A stretch of DNA of 64,000 nt from Raillietiella orientalis (taxonomy: Eukaryota). Position numbers and translations under genes: made by a program. Below, one piece after another: positions 1 through 11,900 of the stretch. The stretch covers positions 1,116,001 through 1,180,000 of the forward strand of contig JAYWIR010000020.1 in the NCBI GenBank assembly GCA_036172245.1, written 5' to 3'. The first letter of the stretch is position 1. The number at the start of each line of letters is the position of its first letter. Below the pieces are notes generated by a model. It worked only from the letters and a program-made list of their open reading frames with translations. It made no database searches and was not told the DNA's origin.

Positions 1-2300
1 TGTCCTTGAAGAGGGCTCTCCTCAGAGCACATCAAGCTTGCCGCCCAGCGGTCGGAATTCGTCGGGAAACTTCCGCGGAAAACATCATTCCTTGCGGCGG
101 AAGTCTCTTGCTATTTCCACCGTGGGTGGAACTCGTTCCGCCGCGAAGTGCGAGATCATCGCCAGATGCCGGACACCTCCTCCTCGAGACTGGGGCACGG
201 GAGACCTTCTCTGAGAAGAATCGTTCTCTGCGGAAACCGAGGTCTTCTGCAACAGCACCTGGGGCACGATTTTTAAAGCTGCCAACGACCACCATTCCTG
301 TTTATCTTCCTGAGATCACTGGGCTCATTGTCTTCCGCTGAGAGAACACCAAACGTGCCGGGAGAACCTGAAGTTCGATCTCAGTGAGGCTGGGCGGTGT
401 AGCTGGAATCTTTCGCCTCGACAATCCTGAAGAGCGCCTCCATATCACACGCTAACGCGCAAGCTGTGCAACTCGGGCACCTTGCTAAAAGCGGGGAAAG
501 GTGTTCCCGGCGCGTGTCGTCACGCGTTTTCGGAGCGTCAGAAAGAACAATCTGTTTGGGCTGTCTGGTGCAGTTTATTGGCATCCCGGTGACACACTGG
601 GCTTCGCGAATTTGTAAAATTAGAAAACACTACCGCTTTCTCTAGGCTGTGTTTGGGACCGGAAGCGACCTCCAATGTACACCTCGCCACAGGGCATTTT
701 AGCGAGCTTCTTGCTACTCTCACGGCGGGCCGGTGGACACTCCGCTCCACTGGTGTCAGCTGGAAAGCTGCCAACACGTGGCGCTTTCTCTTGGTGCAGA
801 GAGACCACCGGTCGGAAACTTCACGAAGCAGCTTCGGAAATGGATGCAAGGCACACTTTTGCGGGGACCAGTGAGCCTTGCAGATCGGTGGTGGAGCGCC
901 AAGAGGTATGGGCGACCACCGCTGGCGTCTCTGCTGCAGCTGACGTGACGAGCGTCCCTTCGAAACCCCAGGACTCATCGGGGAACGTCCGGCTTTCCCA
1001 GGAAGGTGGAGTAGACCTCCTTCTTCGAGGTCATGTCTGCATCCCCCATCCCGATCTCTCCCGCCCGCCTCCTCGGGAGGAACTGCGGAGTCGGAAAGAG
1101 GGGGACTCTCCGTCCACCCCTTCCTCTTCGTGCTTCGCCACGGCGGGGCGACCGGGAGGAGGAAACGGCTTCCCGGGAGGTGAGGTCACGAGGCGATCGC
1201 GTCCCCGGAGCAACCGGAAAAGGGAGAAAAAGTGCACGTCACCTTGCGCGTCTTGGTACCCCTGCAGCGCCTGCCCAGACAGCCGAAGCACTCGTTGCTG
1301 TCGAGGGAAGACGAGCGGGAAGTGCTGGCCGGGAGGCTGGGCTGTCTCTTTGGGTAGCACCTGGTGGCGACCTCGGGCTCGGTGAACTCCCTGTCCTGAA
1401 ACGGTTGAAGAAGCCGGTCGCGCGACTGAACAACCTTTTCGTAGGGAGAGGAAGGAGCAGGGATTCCCTTCACCTGCAGATAGAATAATGAAGAGGGATG
1501 GGGAGACACCGCTAGGCTCAGGGGTCACTCCATGTGGAAGGGGGGATGAAAGAGGAAGAGAGGGAAGATAGCGCTGGAGACGCGCAGTGGCCCCAGGCAA
1601 GCGGAGGATTGGGCGCCATCGCGCCTGTGAGATCAGCGGTCCGGCAAGCCTTCCATGGGCGCGCCAACGAGAGGCGCTCCGCTACCAGACGTGCCACTCA
1701 CGCCTGACTTTCCTCTGGAGAGAGTGAAGTCAGCAAGGGTTCCGGGAATTGAACGGCCCTTCGGAATAATCCCTTCTTCCACCCTCATTCCAGTGGGACG
1801 TTGCTCCCTGCTGGGCAAGGCTGCCCCCAGAGAGGAGACGACTCCGCGAAAGATACTGGACCTGCAGGCAGGGTATCTTCTGAACCAGGAGAGGTTCCAG
1901 CAAGCGCTGACCAGGCGCAGAGAAAGGCTCATCCGTCCCTCTCTTTTTGATCTTTCTTCTCTCCATCCTAGACCTCGGGGATCCGACACGAGGGGCTGCC
2001 AGCCCCCACCTCGGATTCCCGAAGGTTATTCTTTTCTCGGGATCTCACGGACTCTCCCGAAGGCATTCCGCGATCCTTTGTAGCTTCCTGGGAACCACCA
2101 GGGTTTCCCTGTGGACCTGCGGATGACGAACTTTCCTGTTCTAACGCACCTGCGCGGACCCAGAAAGAGGAAGATGAGTGAAGGTTGCGTCCCCTAGCGC
2201 GTGAGGCGGCCGTTGTCATGCCGGTGCACCCATCCGGCACTCTAAGGGAAAGGGAAGGGGCTGGCTGAAAGGAGCACAGTGGGCTGAAATGTGTTTGTGG
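1..2300 (-). mobile_element. Decayed ORF1 region of a related non-LTR retrotransposon (continues off the left edge)
   Basis: Cys/His motifs (KCPVARC, RCPSCT) and a Pro/Ser-rich region. Three collinear nucleotide anchors are shared with 26900-27260: ctcgacaat (417-425 / 26902-26910), ccacag(g)gca (687-696 / 27194-27202) and gagcctYgcagatc (873-886 / 27246-27259). Boundaries approximate. Confidence 0.5.
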
Positions 2301-2503
2301 AAAGGGGCAGGATCTTTCCTCTGAGCAGCGATGGGGAGGGCAAAGAAGGCAGGGAAGAAGTCTCTGGGATGAAGCGCTCGCTTTCCTCCCTCGCGAGCTT
2401 CTTCGGAAGGGGAGGGGGCGAGACTGCCTGTTCCTTCTGCATGAAAGGGCGGAACTTCTCCGCGATCCTCCGCCCAAGATCCACCCTATGTCCCGGCACT
2501 CAC

Positions 2504-2689
2504 CGTCGTGCGCTCCAGGCATTGGAGGAGGTGGTGATGCTGCAGCTCAAAGATGTCGATGTTCTGCCCTTCCTCCACCTCGAGTCCCTCCTGCTGGGCC
2601 GCGATGCGGGCCTCTGCCGCTCGCTTCTTGCTGAGGAACGTCGCGCCGGCCGTAGACTTGGCGTTTTTGATGCGTGCCAGGCGGGCTTT
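2504..2689 (-). CDS. Shal: Shal/Kv4 channel, next exon (cytoplasmic C-terminus with dileucine trafficking motif)
   Basis: Not in the ORF track; read by hand: KARLARIKNAKSTAGATFLSKKRAAEARIAAQQEGLEVEEGQNIDIFELQHHHLLQCLERTT (62 codons, 186 nt, phase 0/0). It continues the Kv4 consensus directly after ...KAQK. Acceptor is ...ccttccttgcgttccag| and donor is |gtgagt. Confidence 0.96.
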
Positions 2690-4749
2690 CTGGAACGCAA
2701 GGAAGGGCTGCGTTTTCTTGTCTCTAGGAGGCCGACTGGCCGGAAGGAAGGGTTCGGCCCCTCCTGTCTTCTTCCTCCCCGCCTTTCACCCTTTTGATCC
2801 TCTCCACGTGCGCATCGGGAAAAGCCCTGCACACCCGAGAGAGGGCGTGCCGAGGGTGCAGAGCGAACTCTGACAGCCGAAGGAGGCAGAGATTCCCCAT
2901 TTCTTTCCTTCCTTACTGAACCTCTTTTCCGCTTCCTCCCGAAGAGATGGCTTCCCACTACCTGTCCGCCTTCGCCTCCGCATCCACGAGCCTCCTCCCG
3001 GTAGCGATCGCGTTCGCTCCCGGCCCGCCGTCCGGATGCGTTAGGCGTTGATGCCATCCGGGGGCGGCGCGAAGACTCGCTCCGCCAACAGGCCACATGA
3101 GCGCGCGATCCTTCTCTCCTCCGCGTCGGGGAGCGACCGCTGCGCCAACTTCCCTTGTGGACCTCTGGGAAGCGGAGGGTACTCGGGGCCTTCTGGTATC
3201 GGGGAGGAGAGGTCTCGCCCGTCGATCTCTTCGGAGACGCAAGAGATGGAGGACCCACACCCGATAGCATTATTTTCCCTCCCTCCTCCTCTCTCCCGAA
3301 GGCGCGTCTCTCTCCAGAGTCCGCGGCTGAATTCGCCGGCAACCGCCTTCGAGCGAGAGATCAGAGATCCTGTACACTGCTCAATCGCACCACGATTTCA
3401 CCACTTTCCTCATCATCGCCATGTGGAACTCGATGCTGATGTCCGAGGCTGCTTTGTTTTCATCCTTATACCGTCTGGAGCTCCAGGTTGTCCGAACGCC
3501 TCCTGCGAACGGCTTGGGAAAGAAAAAGCCGCGGTCCATCCTTCGTTGCTGCTCTTTGCTCTCCGGAAACGGGTTCGCCTCTTCCCTGGTAGCTCTTGAG
3601 GAATCGCGAATTCTTCGGGCGCATCCCAGACATCCCGGCAACGGAAAATGTGCGCTTTTCCTTGTTGTAAATTCAACTCAAAGTTCCTACTGCAAGAGTC
3701 ACATCCTTCTCCCTTTCTTCTAACAGGTGAATCCTAGAAGCTACGGCTTGAAGGAAAACACATAGGAATGTTCCGGCTCTGTGCCAGGATTTTCGCGTTT
3801 CCTATGGACCTCTGGATACTCCAAATGGTTGTTCAAGAGTATAGCAGAAGTATGTCCGACCTTTAGTATTTTTTGCATCCAATTGTCCTTCCTCGATGGG
3901 CAGGACTGATCAAGCTTGCAGACCGTCTGTCTCCTCATAGCAATGTTGAGCACCTCTATGCACCCGCATCTCTGTTTCCAAACCATCGTGGCTGCAGATC
4001 ACGGTAGAGAAGGTAATTCGGCGATCTGTCATCATTCATGAACGCCAGACTGGTGGAAGAGCTTGCCGGCCAAAATCACGTGCCTCAAATCCGCCCCTCT
4101 GCCCCCTTCACTTCGAAGGTCGCAGTCCGATAAGAGCTCTTGGGGTCACCACACCCTCGAGGATAGGATGGCGCACACAAAAGTGACTATGCTGCCTCTT
4201 ATAAACCTGAAAGTCCGTCTGTCCGAAGCGCATGCACCAAATCAAAGATGATTCTTGGAAAGGAGGGTGTCATACCACACAGGTCAGGCTCACTGAGCAA
4301 CACTTTCGCTCTCCTGCACTCTGCTTCGCTAAAAATTTCAGGGAGCCGATGTCGATGAGCGTCAATTCTCGGGTGACCCGCTGGCTTTCCCCAACCTCAA
4401 TGCGTCAGTTGGAATTTCGCGACCATCTAGAAATATCTTGAATCTCGGACATGGGAGGTCAAGAAAAAGGAAGTCCATCTTTTGGTTTAAAAAACCCTTG
4501 GGACGGGAGCGCACGAGTTGGAAGGTTCTCCCTGTGACGAAGATTCCCAGTTCGCTTTCGCACACGTGTGAGGCGGAAATGGAAGTTGCCGTGTTTCCTT
4601 TCAAGGCTACCTAAAGAGTCGTGTTGCTGATGGCGGCAGACAGACCATTTGTATCTTCCCAATTTGCAGCAGTTTCCAACTGTTTCGGCGGAAACACACG
4701 TAACAACACTCAACACACACGTGCAGGCAGACATTGCCGTTTGCATCGC

Positions 4750-4778
4750 GTGTGTATGTGCGTGCGTGTGTGTGTGTG
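4750..4778. repeat. Imperfect (TG)n microsatellite
   Basis: gtgtgtatgtgcgtgcgtgtgtgtgtgtg. Confidence 0.9.
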
Positions 4779-5599
4779 ATCTCCAATAAATGCAGAAAGC
4801 AAAGGAGAGAACACGTCTTTTCTTGCAACATCAGTGCAATTCATTTGCAGTTCCCAATCTTCTCTGATTTCGAAGGGCTGCACATGAGTCAAAAAGTCCA
4901 TGATTTGCTCTCCATTTGTCTGAGGTGAAGCAAGTCCAAGTCCAACAGAGCCATTCATTTTCCTGATCCACCTATTCCCATTTCGGATTCAGACGGACAT
5001 TACCGATTGCACAGTCTCGATTTACTAAAAATCTTTCACTTTCGATCATCGCATAGCATCACTGGTTTTCTCACAACAGAGTTTTGCGCCCTCTTGGTCT
5101 CTCTTGTTTTCGCCTGGTTATGACCGCCTTGCATCTTCTTTCGCTGTCCTCAAGGGAATTCTCTGCTTTCATGTATTGGACTTTCTAGCGCATGCTCCAT
5201 CAGCGGTTGTCCAGAAGGAGAATCGTCACTTTCGATGCAATCACAAGCCAAAATCACAAAAAGTCACAGAAGTCTCCTTAAATTCACAAAGCTGCAGCCA
5301 TCTTAGAAAATGCTGTTGAAAAAAATCATTTAATGAAAGCATGCAGAGAAATGAAAGATTTTTGCGCTTAAGATTGACCATTATTTATACAACGCTCATT
5401 TTGCACCTCCTTTTTTCTTTTTCGTTGTTTTCGGGATGCCTGATTACTAGGATAAAATCTTTGATAGCGATGGCAACAGCATTCTCCCCCAATGCGATCG
5501 AAAACAGCGAATTGTCATACATTTCCCTTGTTACCCTGTTGGGGCAGAGAGCGGAAACAGGAATGATTTTCATCTAAGTTGCGATTCCTTCCTGATTTT

Positions 5600-5970
5600 C
5601 AAATGTTTCCCTTGAGAGTGGTTCCTAGTTCTTTATGTGCAAACGTGGATGCAGACTTGTGGTTGACACCACTGTTCCAGATTACTGACTTCTCCGAGGA
5701 CACCATCTGTCAGCCCTAAGGGACAGATTCCAGGATGTGCTGGATGAAGTCAGCGAAATTTTCAAGATTTTAGAGGGCATATCAATGAATGCCCAAAGCT
5801 CCAATTCAGCGTAGAGGCTTTGCAGACGGTGAAGAGACCTGTCCGCGGAGATCTCTCCGACGTTTAACGACTGCACATTTCCCTAAATGCCCTGCAGTCT
5901 TATTTCCTGGAAAGCTGCCGAAGACCAGGAAATGCAGTTTTCATGTTGCTCGTGAAATTGGCATTCGACT
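5600..5970 (+). pseudogene. Possible NACHT helical/winged-helix domain relic
   Basis: Frameshifted MFPLRVV..LC, LTPLFQITDF, IFKILEGISMN, KLQFSVEALQ and CSFHVARE resemble, in order, PLxxxxLC / TxLF / LGxLA / KLxFSxEEL / SFxHxxxQE. Confidence 0.22.
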
Positions 5971-8900
5971 CAGAAGGTCGAAGACTCGCTTCTGTGCAAA
6001 AGTGCTGCCCCTTTCATCAGAGCAAAACAGACGTGCAAATTCAGCGAGAAGCAAACAGCCACCAGCACTTATTTGGCATGCACTCTCGATCCTTTTGCTG
6101 CCGGATCGTCAGTAGATTGCAGTCGGTGGTATAGATACATAGATACATCTGTTCTCGCTAAGGCGTTATCAGTTTCTTGATATACGTTTTTTTCCTGTCT
6201 TTGACGGTGATATTTTTCCGCTGCCAAAGAGAGAACTCAAGAGTAGTTTCGCCGTGAATTTTCTGCGAGAGGGGTCTGCCTCTCTCTCAGAGAAGCCAAA
6301 GGTTGTGACGTATGCAAGTGCATCCATCTTTTGACCGAAAAATTATTCCAGCGTCCTTGAAGATTTCAAGGGACTCATCAGAGATTCTTTTCTTCCTTTC
6401 TTCATCGACTCTTGACACAGGTTATTGATTTCTCCAAGAGAGATGGCTACAGAAGTTTGCCTTCCCAACCATGGCTCGTGGAAGGAAAACTTAAGTTCTC
6501 CGGGGAACCGGAACTCACCGTCAACAAATTCATGTGGCACTACCTTGCCATTCCCTTTTCCTCACCTCATCCTCATCCCCTTTTCCTCCTTCATCCCCTT
6601 TTTCAGATGTCATCGGTAGTCTGGTTGCGTCTCCCACTGAAAAAGAGGGCAGTTCGTCCCTCTTTTCAGGCATCAAAAAACGCGAATCATGAAAATGGAA
6701 GCAGGTTTTCCAGAAAAAAGGATGCTTTTTTCCGAATGGTCAGTCATAACGAGGAGCAGCAGCGCTATCACAGGAAGTCAAAATTTCCAGAGGCCTCCGT
6801 AGTTAGTTGCTCAGTCTCAGCTTTCATCTGCTTTCTTGTCATTTAGATTTTCTCAGAAACGCGAGGTTTTTTTTTTTTTTTTTTTTCTGTTCGAGGGGGA
6901 AGGGGTTGTTGAAATTCAGGGCCGTCCTCGACTTTCCTGCATCCTTGTTCCTATTTACACATTCAGCATCTTCAGAAGCATGCAAGCATTAGAACCTCAG
7001 GAAGCAGTTTCCTCATTTCCATTCTTTGGAACAGTTTGTTTCGGTTTTATTTTCATTTTATTTTTTTTCTGGTAGCTGTTTCATTGCAATTTCTTGGGAA
7101 ATCCTCTAGAACTTCACCGCGCTGAGGAAGTAGGTCATTATCATGTGTGACAAAACAGGATCGGAATTTTTCTAACATGCCATCACCCCAATAATTCTTG
7201 CTGCTTCTTAGAGCTGATTCATCTTGTGCTTTCAAGGTCTCTGGCAGTCAAAGTCTCATTTCATCCTTCCCTTTCCTGACTCAGAAGCTGATGCTCACTT
7301 GCAATCCAGGAAATTGCCCGATATTGGAACAAATGTTTGCAGGATTGCTTTTCCTTCCTGTGTGCTCCTCCTAAGCAGAACGTTTTCCTTCTTCTTGGAG
7401 ACATGATTCAGCATTCAATGCATCTGTGAAAATTATCGCTCCCGCACCCTTCTTTTGCAGCCTTCTTTAGAAACTAAGAGATTAATAGAAGTCTACTCAA
7501 CCCCAAAACCAAAATAAACTCCAAGAATGAAGGAAAAAGCAGGAATGCCGAAGAAAAGCTCACGATAGCATCTCCATCTCGATTCACCCTCTCTTCCCAC
7601 AGAAGCACTTTGCATGACCTGAAGCAGGAAGGCGCTTGGTCTCTGCTCTCGATGGATTATTTCGTGCCTTTCAGATGAGACCCTTTTGAGCAGCTGCGCT
7701 CAAATCACTTGCATTGCATCCTACTGCTGAGCTATCAACGTGTGTGGATGGATCGATAAAGCCCTGCGCCAATAAAGACGGTGTCAGACTAAGACTGTTC
7801 TTTGTCTGGAGCACGGCAACAAAAATCAAGTCCTCTCTCTCCGACGAACATAAATTCAAACCGATGTTTGCACTCACGCAGAAGCAGTTTGCCGCACGCT
7901 CATTCAACGAAATTCTATGAGCTGCCTACAAGGACTCTTTGATTGATTCAGTGAGCTGGAGATGAATTTCCTCTGCTCACGGTGCCGAGGAGATGCTCAT
8001 CGCTTCAAAGTGGTTCTAGCAGCTTGGAGCATTCCTGAGAGAGGTTGCTGGTTCTTGCCGTTTTGCTACGTGCTGATTTCTTGAATCGCTAGCAACCATC
8101 GCTAACCAACAGATCGGAAAAACCGGCTCTGTCACATGCTGCTGCATAGAGATTTTCGGGAATTCTCGTTTGTCTTATCTATAGAGGAAGTTCTTTCAAC
8201 CGCTGACTCCGAGATTTCCTACGACGAATGCGCAATCAGGTTTTTCCTTTCAGGAAGGAGCAAAACGTCTGACTTCACTCTGCAATCATCCTGAGAAGTG
8301 CATCAGAGGTTTCCCTCCATGAATTTTCTAATCGGAGAATATGACTGTTTCCTTTGTTTTTGTCACTTTTGGGAGATCCTTTCGTCCTTTGTTGTGAAGA
8401 ATGCGTCAACGGATCTTGGTGCGAGTCCGTTTCGGCTCAAGACTCCAGGCGAGTCCTGTTCCCGCATCCCGCTGATGTACTCATGTTCCTCCAGGCGAAT
8501 TATATGCAGATTTGTGTGCTGTTCTGTGGTAAAACCGCATCTTAGCAGGCTTCGCACCAGGGTTATTACGTTCTCATTTGCCCCTCTTAAGAGTTCCACG
8601 AGTGCAGCAACGCACGTTTTTGGCTTAATTTAAATGAGATCAAACATCCACCTTCTGCCCAACTTAAAACTGAGAAGTCTCACGTTGATCACGCATTGAT
8701 TGCATTCCACTTGACCCACGGCTGCAATTCGTTGGCAGTGACAACAGGTTGACTTCCTATTTGCGATTTTGCTTTTCTTCTGCTGAACAGGATATAAGTA
8801 ATCCTGGACACTCTTTTTAATCGTAGATCGTTTCAAGATTTGACATAACTATGCAAGTCCTCCCTTTGATTTAATTTAAGGCAGGAAACATTCGAAAATT

Positions 8901-11900
8901 TGTTTTTGACCACCAATCCCTATCGACACTTTCAGAAAAAGGAAAATACGTACCAAATATCAATGTGGTATTTCACGAGCAAACCGGAATTTCCGCAAAT
9001 CCTCAAATACTTATCACATTTTTAATCATTAAAGGTCGTCAATATGTGCACCAATGGAAATCATCGTCTCTCTATCATAGACTTTCAAAAATAATAATTC
9101 AATGGAAGACGCTTTTTTGGATACATCAAAATCTGCTATTTTTCGATCTCTGAAAGTTGTGATTTTGACGCTAACGATCTCTGTTTCCATATCTATGGAA
9201 ACAGATTTCCCACCAGCGCTTAAGAAGCACTACTCGTTCTTTGCGTGATGGAAATTCCTCAAGAGAAAATCCGTCACAGCAAGCTGAAATTGACAAACAT
9301 TGCGTACTTTAAAAGCAACGAATGGCAATGCCAGTTTCTTCCTACGTGCCTACGGATTCCTACGAATCTCTCAAGGTTGTCCTCACCTGCCATTTCCATA
9401 CAGTGTAACACCGTGACACAACGCTTCGAAAAAAACACCTTTGAAAATCCCCGTGTACAGGAAAGCAACGCAGAAATGAAACAGCAAATTTAGTGCTTCG
9501 TAGGTATGTGCCTTGATTCGTTACAACGAGTGAAAAAGTGTTCTGGAAATAACTTGGACTTCTTTCTTGTGAAGATGCATCAAACTCAATTGATGTCCAC
9601 TTGGATTTGCAAACTTGTATTTCTTTCGTTGGCACACCAGGATGACATGATTATCCTATGGACTGCTCAGAAAACCTCAGTTGGAAGCGAAAGAAATCAG
9701 GGACCTCAACAAGAGCAAGATCGAAAAAAAGATGCAAGCATCTCTTCTCGCTTTGGTCGACGGTTTCCATAGGTGCGCATCGGATTCACTTGAGATTTTG
9801 CCGAATCCGTGCGGGGAAATCATGGGCACTAGGAGTGCTGCACAGTAATTTCGAGAGTACCACCATAAAAATAATCGGTGCCCTCTGGTACAAGGTTCAA
9901 AAGGAAGAAACGCTTTTATGTGACAGAACCGGGAAATTCTCGGATCAAGCATCCGATTGATCGTCTCCGTTCTTTCCTGTTAACTTCCGTATTTCGTTTG
10001 GTAAATTATCCTTGGATGGTAATGACCGCGTGCAGCTTCAGCTCATAGCCTATTGAGCAAGTTTTCCAGTACCTTTGCTTAATCGTACTTGCAAAGAGGA
10101 AATCACAAGGATGATGCTGAAATCGTTTTGAATTCGAAAAGGCGGATGTGCACCACTAGTTACGGCCAACATACGAACTGCAATTTCCATCCCATCAAAG
10201 TGAACCATGAATGAAGTCTGATTTATACTTTTATGCTGCCTTACAGTAATTACCCTATGGTTTTACTGTTGATCTGGTTGGAGATGATCAACTGTGATAG
10301 TGGGAAAAATTCTTAGGACCAAACATTGCTTACAAGTTTGTGAGCTTTTATTGTATCATAAACGAATTTTCTGATATCATGTGCTCATGTAAGAAGGAAC
10401 AGAAAACATTTGACTAGAGTAGGTTCTAAAAGAAGAAAAAAAAATTCCTTAGCTGATAAAGTCTTCATGTTCCTACTGTTTAAAAATCCCATTTTTTCAG
10501 CAAGAGTAAGCATCCACCAAAGAGGAAAAGCTCGATAGAGTGGAACAAATAATCGATCCACCATCCAGCCGCTCTATGTGAATACTATGTGTACACTTCT
10601 TAACAGTATGCTACAGGACTTTCGCTCAGGAGTATTAGAATCTCAAAGCCATTGAGCTGCGAAAGAAATCGGGGTGTCTTCAGTAATTCATTCAAGTTAT
10701 CCTCATCCGAAATGAAAGGTAAGCTAGAAAAATAGCAAAACTGCTGTTAGATCACGGAAATGCTAATAAAGATGATCGAAAATATTCTTTAGATAGCCTA
10801 AGCAAGGAGCAATCTGAGATCTTTGGATGCAGCGAAATTCACAGACCGACGAAGCACGTAAACAATAAAAAAATCCAGAGCCAATTACTTTGGAGAAATC
10901 ACTTCTCTGTGATTTGGAAGTCAATTTCAGCATTATTTTATTCCCTTCCCTTCAAGCACCCACACCTTTTTAGGCATGGACCTCTGAACACACGAAAGAT
11001 CTGAATTCAGTTTGTTTCCTATGAGATCGCTGAAGCCCTCTGGTTCCAGAGAAGTTTCAAAAAACCAATATAATGCGATTAGCAGCCTTATTTGCACATT
11101 CTGATTTCAAGATGGATCCATGGACCTTTCAAGTGATAAGGAAAAAGCTTTCTAATATTGTCTGAAGTATCTGAATTGTGAAAATTTAATGTGAGTAATA
11201 TTTTCATGCAATGCAGCGTCTGCCAAATAGGAGCTGTACAAATGCAGGCTCACGACCGTAACGTATAGATGGACACATGTGCATGAGTACCGTACGGTTA
11301 AGCCATGATATTTTCAGGGACTTTTCTCTACAGGGATGAAGGCAACACAATAAAGCACAGACGGTCACGAATTATCTGTGATTCTGTTTCAGAGAATACT
11401 CAGAAACTGACGTATTAAAAAGGAGAAGTATAAATCATATTCACAAGGCTAAATGCTTTTAAAAATGAAGCCACGCTGAAACGGAATGATTCCATGGTAT
11501 CGCCAGCATCCTCATTACATTTTAAAATGTATGTCCCACTTTTCTTAATACGCTAAAGTTTTCCAGAGTAAAGTTCTTTTCTCTCCCTCCCCCAAAAGGC
11601 AGAAAGTGCACACAATGCATTTTTTTCTCTTTTGTTATATACACATTCTTGAAATCACCTGTACGATCACTTGTACCCTACTGCTCCTCTCTATTCCTAA
11701 TATTCATATTAATAATCATTTATATTAATTCATTTCCTCTTAAGCACGAGCAGACGAAAATTTGCGTTCCAGTAAGAATTCAAGTTCGCTCCAGCGAGAG
11801 TTTTCCGATTCCCTCCTGATCTCCGTTTGGAAACATGACTAAGAAAACTCTTCTGAAGAAGAAGTTTCTCCTTTCGGTGAAGCTTCTTCCGAAATCGATG

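Noticed and set aside
2500..3342. Longest ORF in the track (280 aa, minus strand)
   Set aside because: Arg/Ser/Gly-rich GC artefact; it overlaps the real Shal exon in a different frame.
6345..6390. Hammerhead-ribozyme-like CTGATGA-GTCC..hairpin..GGAC on the minus strand
   Set aside because: The obligatory GAAA after stem II is GCTG here, and no stems I/III were found; it is just a small hairpin.
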